A stretch of 64,000 nucleotides of DNA from Antedon mediterranea (lineage: Eukaryota > Animalia > Echinodermata). Where the stretch lies: NCBI RefSeq assembly GCF_964355755.1, contig NC_092678.1, positions 14,472,371 through 14,536,370 of the forward strand. Direction: 5' to 3'. This document shows positions 26,711 to 37,689 of the stretch, one piece after another. The notes under the pieces were generated by a model that ran no database searches, was not told where the DNA came from, and saw nothing but the letters and a program-made list of their open reading frames with translations. Within the stretch, counting starts at the first letter, position 1; each line of letters opens with the position of its first letter. A program made the translations under genes and the position numbers.

Positions 26711-29700
26711 CTTTATGAAAATGCCGTAGTCAAGCTTATTTATGTTTTCATTTCAATTTCATTAATAAATCTAATGTGTTAAAGCAATGTGCAGTTTTAT
26801 TATCGGGACCAATGTTTAATTCATTCAGGGAATTAATATATTACATTTTAGCTTGTGTTTTGGCTTTTAATAGAGAGTCTATTGTCAAGTTTTTTTGTTT
26901 GTTTTTTGTTCACACCATCTAAACAAAAATAATCCGTCACTTTCACAAATTATAGATACTTTTTGTGATAAATATAATTTTCCTGACACTTCAGGGTTGG
27001 TTTACTAAGTTAAGTGGCTTCCTGGTACGCGTGCCCTCATTCGGCAGCATTTTTGTTTTCAATCATGCTAAAAAAAGAAACTGTAGAGGGCATTATCGAG
27101 TCAATTGGATATGAGATGACGTTATGCTTGTTGCTTTTTTATTATCGTGAATAGCGATGTTGTTTTGGTCACATTGTATGTCGGCCTCTCTCCTTCAATT
27201 CTCTTTACGTTTATATGTTATTTGTTTAAAAATACTGATTAGTTGTTAAATACAGTTTTAGAAAGTGAATAATAATGACTTCAATAGAAATTCCCTAACA
27301 ACGGAAAAAGGGTTTTAACCCTGAAACAAGGCAAATCATCAAAGTACCTGTATTCTATTTATTGTAAATCAGTTGCTGTTGGTAAATGTTACGTTGAGCA
27401 TTTATTCATCATCAACATTAGTTGACATGGTGATAACATGTTAGAAATGTAATTATTGGCTCACACCTTTAAGAAAAGATGTATTATTTAGTTTGTCTGG
27501 TAGGCCTATTCACTCCCTCATGCATGTATTTGAAAATGTGCACAAACTTATAGTCAACTTTATAATTGTATAGTGTTGTATAGTTTCACTAAATTGGAAA
27601 CCGGACAGAAAAAAAATAATTTTGGAATGAAGAAGTGAACGGCATTTGCATAGTCTAGAGCTTTTGCTAGTACATGATATATAATCAGTAAACATGATGA
27701 TTTCAATTCTAGTTTTAAAAATATAATTTATCTATGGTACTACACAGTAATCAATACAATGATAGATATTTTACTCAAAGCTTATTTTATTCAACTAAAG
27801 ATCAATCTATTTTCGTCTTTTTGGTAGTCATGCGAATACTTCTTTTGACTTTTGAATGTTAACGACCGAGTTCACAATCACAATAGTTTTAGACTTCATT
27901 CCTTTAAAGATATGGTTATGCAGCAGAAAGCCTAAAATATGTATAGGTTCAGTAAACGTAACCATTATACTGTTTGAGTGCCGTGATAATACACAAGTGG
28001 TTTAGCTTTTACTGAGAGTAGTTTTAACCTACAATTATGTTACATTATTATTCAGTATCTTTTTGGATTTTATTCAGGCATGCCCTTCTTGGTATGTATT
28101 TTCACTATTTGGCTTTTGCTTATTTTGGTTTTTGTTTCAATGTTTTAATAACCAATAATGTGGAGCGTCTATTATGTCAATTTTCCTTTTTTTATTTCCT
28201 CACTTTAAAATGTATAGGTAATTTTTGTAATTATGACATTCTTAATGTAATGCAGCATACCGTACATTATTATTCAGTATCTTTTTGGATTTTATTCAGG
28301 CATGCCCTTCTCGGTATGTATTTTCTCAGTCTGCTTTTGCTTTTTTTCGGTTTTTGTTTAAATGTTTTAATAATGTGGAGCGTCTATTATGTCAAGTTTC
28401 TTTTTTTGATTTTCAATATTCTATGAACTGAAGCATAATTTGCTTATTATAGTGCTGAATTGTGCCTATTTTTGTGTTATGTATAAAGCTTGTTGTCTCT
28501 TAGAAAGTATTTTCTAAATACTATCAGACAATTTTCTCGTTTAATGGTTGGTTTACTTAGTTAAGTGACTTCCGGTACGTGCCCTATTCAACAGCAATAT
28601 TATTTTTCAATTAGGCTTAGGCAGAAACTATAAAGAGCGTTATCGAATCAATTAAATATGAACGAGGAGATAATATTATACCGGTTGCATTTTTGTTGGA
28701 ATAACGATGGTGTGCACAATCATATAGACATTTCCCTAGAAGCCCTAATTATTTTCTTTTAAAATAAATTAAAGTTATATTGTCACCCAGTGAAAACATT
28801 TTTTTACATATTTCTGTTGAATAAGCCATTTTAATGGTACATAAAAGTTATTCACTTTAACAGAAAATTGGATTGAAAAAAAAAAGTATTTACCCCCAAA
28901 AAAAATTAACCAACTGGAAGGTATTTGTCTGGAAGACAAATGTGTTCCGGTTTAAATTAACCCTTGACCTGAGTTAGCTCATAAATATGCATATTGTATG
29001 TACGAAAGAATGAGATAAGACGACACAAAAAGATAAAGATAAAGATGCTTACCTGGATCGCCACAAATCAACTATCAAACTCTTCGAGAAGTTGACAATA
29101 ATACTAATAAACCATCCTTATTATAATTTCAGACCATCCAAATAATCTCAAATAATAGGTGTATTTGAAGACCTTCTATCCAGATAGGCTAAAGAAGCAA
29201 GACAAAACACCCTACATTTATATTTTTACGATTTATTTACAAAGTGCCTTTACTATAAATGTTTGTGGTTTGCTAGACTTGTCTATTAACCTGAAGAGTA
29301 GCAAGAAACATGACGTATGATGGATGCTCTAGAATAATTCAACCATATCGAAAACTAAAAACTGTTTTAATACGATCGTGGTGATTGTTGGTGAATAAAA
29401 CGATGGCCCGTATTCATGAAAGGAGACTAACTTTAGTCCTGGACTATCTCTGGATTTAGTCCTGGACTACCTCGAAATAGTATTTATGAAAGTGGACTAT
29501 CTTTAGTTCTGGACTAAACCTGGACTATACCTGGACTAAAACCGGCAAAAAATAGTCCACCCAAGGAGTAGGTTTAAGAAAGTTAATTTTGAACTATCTC
29601 AAGAATAGCTCGAAAAAATGGTGGCCTGAGGTAAGGTAGGTCAGGTAAAGTGCGACACATTTAAAACGGTATTTAAGAAGCAAAATAATAATAATAATTT

Positions 29701-31452
29701 TTATTTGTATAAAATTAGTAATTACAACGTATGTTTAATATAATAAAGTTCTTTAGAAAGTAAAACAAATATATTTAGTAAGTTAATATAGTGTGTTTAA
29801 TATAGGCCCACATCTTTAGCAATCACCCTATACTGGTAATGTTAAAATGATTTGTTCTTCATTAAGCGCGCATTTAACTTATTTAAAGATGTAAATCACA
29901 TTATATATAATTGATGATTATGCAAGAGTATACTATACCTGAAGTATAATCGAGATTATACGAGTTTTCCAGAGGTGGGAATCAATATGCGTTCATATTG
30001 ATTCGAAACCGAAGGAGAATGAAGTATAATCTTAATTTGTAATATATTTTACATTAACATTTTTGTTTAAAATGATGTTAGATGGATATAGCCTAGATAG
30101 CTAGGCCACAGTCTAAAGCCTATTTAAGCTAGGCCTACACTTAAACTAGGCCTCTCTAGACTATGCAATTGGCTAAGTCGATGGGCATTGCAAGGCCCTA
30201 CTTCAGGTAACCAGTAAACAGTAGTCTTCTCCTATTGTAGGCCTACATTGTATTACTTAGTAAGCTTTGTCTAGGCCAAGACTGGGAATGAATGAAGCGT
30301 TAGATATTTTCAAAATATTGAATCAATTTACATAGAGCATCCTGTTGAATTAATTTTAATTTAGTATAATAAATTCAATAGGCCTAGGCTAATTAACATT
30401 TAGTAGTAATATCATATATGTATATATTTTTAAAAAAAATATTTATTTTTCCATTTGTTTAGACAGCTGAAGAAATGTCTGGTTAATATTATAATATGCC
30501 TCCACTACTGTCCTAGTTACATGGAATGCTGCTGTTGATCAGGTAAGGTATTATTTAAAAAGATAAAAATAAACAATTTACATACAACCTGTTGAATTAA
30601 TTTTAATTTGGCATAACAAATGTAAATAGGCCTAGGCTAGTAATAGTTTCAATATTTTTTAGAAAATATAGTTTAATTTCATTTATTTTTCTATTGGTTT
30701 AGACTGCTGAACACATATCTGGTCAATATTATATGCCTCCTCCACTACCGCCCTAGTTAGGCTACATGGAATGATGATGCTGGTCATGTAAAGTAATAAG
30801 ATAAAGACAAATATTTAAAATGTGTTATTAAATTGTTCAAAAAATTGCATCCTCCGCTCTACACAAGATGGGTTTGGGATTGAATTAAAAAATCCTGGAT
30901 CCACACACTGCATAGTTATCTATGAAGGCCTAATTTTCTGGATATTTTCATCATTATGAAGTTAAGAGGTACTGTTGTACAAAAATGGAGTGGAGTATTG
31001 TGAAAAATTATCTAGGCTTGTAAGCATATATTCTTTTTTGGCCAGGGATAAAAATTGTCTTTTGTCTACCGCTATTATCTGTACTGTGTTTTAGTTTTGA
31101 AGCTATTTGGATGTAATATAATTTAACATTTTTTATTTATTTTTTTAGATGCAATTGCTAACAAACCTGGATGAAGCGCAATAATCATGCAGAGAGGAAC
31201 AGGACTATCAAAACAATTGTATACGTTTTAGCAAGTTGTACTTGTGTAGAAATAAATGAAAATAAGAATAACCATATAAAAACAACAAATGAAACTTTTT
31301 GAATTACTGTATTGTTTTATTCAAAAACAGCAAATAAATAAATTAAAATACAATATTACTGTAGTTTTGTCAGCATGTACATTCATGTTCAGATCACAGA
31401 ATTCTGTCCCATTTTCATTTAGAAAAATGATTTTTTTTTGTAACTGAAATAA

Positions 31453-31477
31453 ATATATATATATATATATATATATA
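31453..31477. repeat. (AT)n microsatellite
   Basis: Direct reading of the sequence. Confidence 0.9.
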
Positions 31478-32355
31478 CACAATTGTCATCAAAATAGTTT
31501 TGTTACTTAAAGATGGTCATCATTTCTTGAATTATTTATATCCGATTCTCAATTCTGCAGTCGAGCCAGTTTTTAATCTGTGATAATTTTGCAACCACAG
31601 CTCCAACAATGAACATAATAACAGTATTTAAACAAGGTTTATGCATTGATAACTTGAAAATCTGTTTTAGATAAAAATATGGAAATTTACAATAATGTTT
31701 AGGTTCACCATTTAACAAAAATATATAAAACATATGAAATTATTATGTATAAGGTAGTGAACTATTTAAATGTGATATCTCATTGTAAATCTTGAACACA
31801 GATCTTCAATTAAATAATGCATATGTTATTGTTATGCCTACTGCCAGGAGAGACTACCCTGGCCAGTAGCTAGTAGAAGGCAGGCTCTTGCTCTACTCTA
31901 GTCTAGTACTAATAGTAGGAACTAGATGGGCAAGGTTGCAGCTAGCTAGGTTAGGCCTAGTTTTTCTAAATTTAATTACTGTTATGGTTCAGTGATTTTG
32001 TTTTGATGTTTGATATTGGAATAGCCCATGGTGGATGGGAACCCTGCTGGACACCCAAGCCTAGATAGCTGTATCCAAGGAGACATATCTCTCTTTAGCC
32101 TGGGTGACTGGCAGGGAGAGGAGTGTTCTCCTTGCTAATAAAGCAAATAATAAATGTTATAGAATTTGTAATTAAACTGCCATAAACTGGTGAGTAAGAG
32201 TTTATTATGACTTATATTTTATTTTTTGTTTCTTATAGTTGGTTTACATTATAGGCTTGATAGGATTAACATTTTGTGAGGTTGAACATTGTTAAAACTA
32301 CTGTACAAGTTAACTACAAGGCATCAACGTCCATCATGTCCATCCTGGAATCAAG

Positions 32356-33566
32356 TTGACCAAGTTTAGAGGTTCCAAGGCAACCAACGAACCTTCGTTG
32401 ACTGAGTGGCTGGAAGATTGCTCAGCCTACGCAAATCAGTATGGACTGACAGATGCCAAAAAAGATCAAGCATTGTTGGACCATTTGGGGGGAAGTGCTA
32501 AAGAAGAACTAATGTGTTATGGGGTTGATGTGCGAAGCAACCATGAGCGGATAATCAATGTTTTGAAAGAACATTTTGGTCTACTTGAGACAAAATGCTT
32601 CGTTGAGTGAGACTCTACATAATTGTGTACAACAAGATGGAGAAAGCCTGGCAGAGTTTAGTTTAGCACTAATGAGACTGTATGGAAAAATGGAAACAGC
32701 AACGACAGATGCTCGTGAAAGAACTGCAATGACAATACTAAAATATAATACTCTGAAAGAAAGATTGGTTAAGAGGTGTCCGCGAGAAATGGGTGCAGCG
32801 AGAGTTGCGGCGAATAAAAATTGATTGCAGGGGCAGTACGTTTATGGAAATGCGTAGAAAGTGCACTTGATTTTTTTTCCAAGATCAGGAACCAATCGCT
32901 AGAAGGTCCCATGGCGTATACGAGGTGCATGCTGATCAATTGGCGAATACTTTTTATCGTGAGCAAAACAATCAATCAACCGGGAGTCATGAGTTATCCA
33001 AAGAGGTCAACACCCTGAAAGATGAAATGGCCAAATTAAGGTTGGTGATCGAGAAAATGGATAGGCCATGGAGTACAAGTACTAAAAGCAAAGACGCTAA
33101 GTGCTACGAGTGTGGGCAGAAGGGTCATTATAAACGACAGTGCCATAACACAAATCGGTCACAGGACACCTATTCACAAAGGTCCTACCAACCACAGCCA
33201 AGCTACAAATCTCAACCAGCTTACCACCAAGCACCATTTCCCCAACTTCAAGGAGCCTACCAAATTCAACCTACACCTCAACAGATGTACCAGCCACAGG
33301 CAGTCAATTAACCCGGACCAAATTACCAACCACCAATAACTAGTCATCCACATACAACTTACCAGCTACAGGTAGTCAATCAACCTAGACCACAATACCA
33401 ACCACAAATAACTGGTCAGCCACAGGCAACTTACCAGCCGCATATGAACTATTCATCTCAGAAAACCACGCAGCAACAACGAACCATACAACCAGCTATG
33501 CAGCAGTCGGCAGGAGTACAGCACCCGGAAAACTTATGCTCTCCGCCATCAGAGCCAATGTGGTAG
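32356..33566 (+). pseudogene. gag: Gypsy gag (CCHC zinc knuckle, Q/P-rich tail)
   Basis: Frameshifted ORFs 32356, 32576, 32925. Knuckle CX2CX4HX4C. Frame continues past TAA 33309 to TAG ~33564. Confidence 0.75.
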
Positions 33567-36500
33567 GAGGGAGTGATAAGCTGCCTATTGTTGCACATGA
33601 GAGTAGGGTGAAAAGTGAGGATCAAACTGAATCGACTAGGTTGGGACTACTGGCGCCGAGCCCGAAAATGATCGGCTGCATTCTTGATACAGGAGACGAA
33701 GCCTCAATAATCCTAACTGATGTATACAATTCAATACTGAAGCCTCGTATTGGTCCAATGGAAAACCTAGATTCCGCTATTAAGATTGTTGGAGTTACAG
33801 GAACCAAAATAGCAGTTGAAGGTTATGTACAGATACCTGTTACCATAGGAAATAAGAAGGTCGTCGTTGGGTTTCTGGAGGTAGAAAGCAATTCACCGAA
33901 ATGTGGAAGTAAGCAAGATTTTCCTTTGATACTAGGATGTAATGCCCTACGATTATTCATTGATACACCAGATGAAAACCTAAGCATGGTGATTAATAGC
34001 CTGAAGATGTTTAATGAAACAGCAGAGTTAAAAGTTAAATGTGGGAAACGTGGTTTACTAACCAAAGATTTGTTAGAAGTCGTTCCCACACAATCAGTAA
34101 AAAGACTAGAATGCTGTTTTGATGCCACATGTAGGCTTGATAATGATGTTAAGAGTCTATGGTTAATTAAATCATCCAGAGATAGAGAAGGTCTGGAGGT
34201 AATTGAAGGTTGTGTATCGGGAGTTTCACAAGTGAGTCTGCTTGTTTCAAATTCTACTGACGAAGAACTAATCTTAAAATCCAAAACCATGGTAGCAGCA
34301 GCAGTATAGCTAGTTCAACAAGCTCATGTAGATACATTCCAGACAGATGATGTTCTACAAGTAGATGTTAGAGAAGTTTATACTGATGAAAGTTAAGTAA
34401 TTAAAAGCTCACCTATTCCACTAACGCAAATAAATACCTGTGAGAGATGTATGTGTGTAGAGATGGCACAATCTTGGAACTACCATTTGGAGTAAGTCTC
34501 AATAACATCGATCCTGATGAAATTGACCAAGTTGCAAGATTGCTTGTAGATCATAAAGAGGTTTTCTCAACTGGGGAGTTCGATCTTGGATATTGTGATT
34601 TAATTCCACATGAAATCAAAATCTCCACTGAAAAGCAAATCCGTATGTCCTATCGTAGAATACCACCATCACAAATGGCCGAAGTCAAACAGCTGCTACA
34701 AGACATGCTCGATAAAGGAATTATACAGAAGTCCTCTAGTCCGTACGCTAGCCCAATAGTACTTGTACGGAAAAGCTCAGGAGCACTGCGACTGTGTGTG
34801 GATTATCGACAACTCAATGCAATTACAATCAAGGATTCGTTCCCGTTACCTCGGATTGACGAGACTCTTGAGACTTTAGGTGGAGCCAAATATTTTTCAC
34901 ATATGGATCTCTCTCATGGATATTTTCAAGTTTCGATGCACCCAGACTCCGTCCCATTAACAGCTATTCGAGTTCCTTGGGGGTTATTCGAATTCAATCG
35001 CATGCCTCAAGGATTGTGTAATAGTCCAGGAACATTCCAGCGAATTATGGAAAATATATTTGGTGACCTAAACCTCGAATAATTGATATTGTATTTGGAT
35101 GACATTCTGGTTTTTTCAAACACTTTTGAAGAACATTTGGACCGGTTAGCTGAAGTATTCAGGAGACTACAGAAGTGTGGTTTGAAGTTAAAAGGTGGAA
35201 CATGCAAGTTGTTCCAGACTGAAGTGACTCATATAGGTCATATCGTCAACAAAAATGGAATATCGGTAAACCCAAGCAAGGTAGAAAAAGTTATGCGGTG
35301 GCCCACTCCCAAAGATTCATCGCAAGTGAGTTCATTCTTGGGACTTGCATCGTACTATAGAGGATTCATATCTGGCTTCTCGAAAGTTGCTGCTCCATTA
35401 CATGCATTGACCGGGAAAAAAACCAGCAATGCGGGGAAGAAGCTATCGTTTGAATGGAGTGGACAAGCCGAAACAGCATTCCAGACACTGAAGAAAGCAC
35501 TATCAACAGCACCTGTCTTGGCCTACCCCAAATTTGATAAGGAGTTTGTTATAGAAGTGGACGCTTCTTTCAGTGGTCTAGGAGCATGCTTAATGCAAGC
35601 AGACGAAGATGGAAAACTTCACCCCATATCAAATGCCAGCCGCAGCCATCGTGGAGCTGAAAAAGATTATGCAGATCTCTCAAGCTTTAAAGTAGAACTT
35701 CTCGCTCTGAAGTGGGCTGTAACAGAAAAGTTTGGATCATACATTATAGGATCAAGATGCACTGTCTTTACAGATCATAACCCATTAGTTTATTTAAGGA
35801 CAGCCAAGTTAGGAGCAACGGAACATGGTTGGGTGGCTCAGGTTGCACCTTTCAATATCGAAATTAAGTACAAACCTGGAAAGAGCAATCATTGTGCAGA
35901 GGCACTAAGCAGATGTCCAGATGCTGAAGCATGTGATGTTACAGTAATAGTAAAAGAAGTGACAGCCTGTATTTTAGTACCATCAACATCCGAAATGCGA
36001 ATCAAACTACTAAAGAAATTCACACTCAAGATGAAACACATAGTTTGTTTCCGTCCTACACTCATCAAAAATTAGCGAACCTCCAGCAAAGCGATGCAGT
36101 ATTGGGAAAGGTTTTGGAGTATTGGCAAACCAACTGGAAACCTGGGCAACCAATTACTGATAACTCTTTTGAACTAAGAGGATGGTTAAAACAGATAACA
36201 CATTTAAAGGAGTGGGAAGGAGTACTCTACCGAGAAGTTAAATGTAACACAGGTGACTGTCGACAACTACTCATTCCACATAGTCTTCGCAACAAAATGC
36301 TAGAGATGGCATACGATGGATGGGGTCATCAAGGTGCTTATAGGACTATTGGCATTTTGAAGACAAGATGTTTCTGGCCTGGACTTCAAGATGATGTCCG
36401 ACAACATATTAAGAAATCTTTCACTTGCACAACATCCAAGGCAATGTGTCCCATGATTCGCATGCATAGACGCCATCTAATCGCATTCCGTCCATTTGAG

Positions 36501-37689
36501 TTGTTAGCTATTGATTTTCTCAAACTTGATAAGGGCAAAGGTGGTTACGAGGATGTCTTGGTTCTAACAGATGCGTTTACTAAGGTTGCACTAGCTATAC
36601 CCTGCCGAAATCAGTCAGCAATAGTAGTAGTGAAAGTCCTTCAAGAAAAGTGGTTCAATTATTATGGTGCACCACAGCGGCTTTACTCCGACCAGGGGAG
36701 AAACTTCGAAGGCCTAGTCATTAAGGAACTTTGCAAACTTTACAAAATTCACAAATCCAGGACCACGCAATATCACCCACAGGGCAATGCCCAAAGAGAG
36801 AGATTTAACCGGACCCTGTGTGGAATGATAAGATCTATTGATCATAAACAACGACGAAAATGGCCAGAGTTGCTTGGACATTTAGTGTTCTTGTATAATT
36901 CAATACCCCACAGTGTTAAGCCTTGTCTACACTATCAAACTTTATGTGTCAAAAAAGTTTGATGTGCCTATATATGGTAGTGCTATGCTTAAATATGGTA
37001 GTGATATGACATCATCATGTCCATATATGGGCACATCACATTTTTTGACACATAAAGTTTGATAGTATAGACAAAGCTTTACTGGTGTTTCACCATTTCG
37101 CCTCCTATATGGATGTGAACCGTTTACGCCATTATACCTACTTCTCAACAATTCACGGGAAAACTGGGAAGAGGACTTCATCGAATAACAAGCTGATGCT
37201 ATACAACAAGCCCATCAAGTGGCAAAAGATAGCATTGAACAGAAAATAGAAAACTCTACGCTGAAGCAGAATATACATAAAATGAGTCCAGAACTGAGCG
37301 TTGGAGATCGTGTACTGTTGAAAAGGTGTGCTTTTGAAAGCAGAAACAAGTTAGAAGACAAGTTTCATCACGGCGTCTACATCATAGTTTGGGTTAACGA
37401 CGCTGGAGACGTTTATAAGATTCGGCCTCTTCTGGGTGGCCCAACACGTACTGTAAATAGAAAACTCTTAATTGTCGATCCAAGGGAAGCAACAACTGAA
37501 GACATTGTAGGAAGTGACTCAGATGAAGAAGATGAAATGCCAACCTGTGTATTTACACATCATGACTTACCACAGCAGGATGCAATACACCAACCAGTAG
37601 AACCTCAACTCAGACGATCATCAAGATCAACTAGAGGTTTTCATAGTAACCCTGAGAAATGGCCAAAGTCTACAGTTTCTCGCCATTAA
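33536..37689 (+). pseudogene. pol: Gypsy pol (PR-RT-RH-IN)
   Basis: ORFs 33536, 34447, 35083, 36045, 37219 carry the canonical motifs in Gypsy order. Confidence 0.9.
36919..37078. mobile_element. Tourist/Harbinger-like MITE inserted in the integrase
   Basis: ~55-bp imperfect TIRs (AGCCTTGTCTACACTATCAAAC / GTTTGATAGTATAGACAAAGCT) and TTA TSD. Removing it restores HSVTGVSPF. Confidence 0.9.

Larger units (their letters stand above)
19690..28700. repeat. Tandem segmental duplication, unit ~2.58 kb (two full and two partial copies)
   Basis: Anchor GGTAGGCCTATTCACT near 22325, 24907, 27499. Anchor TGCCGTAGTCAAGCTTATTT near 20122, 24146, 26722. Near-identical short ORFs recur at 22858, 25448, 28037. 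Confidence 0.9.

Noticed and set aside
22858-28426. Repeated hydrophobic ORFs MLHYYSVSFWILF... as a small membrane-protein family
   Set aside because: T-rich non-coding sequence copied by the tandem duplication; the frames differ between copies and there is no splice or codon support.
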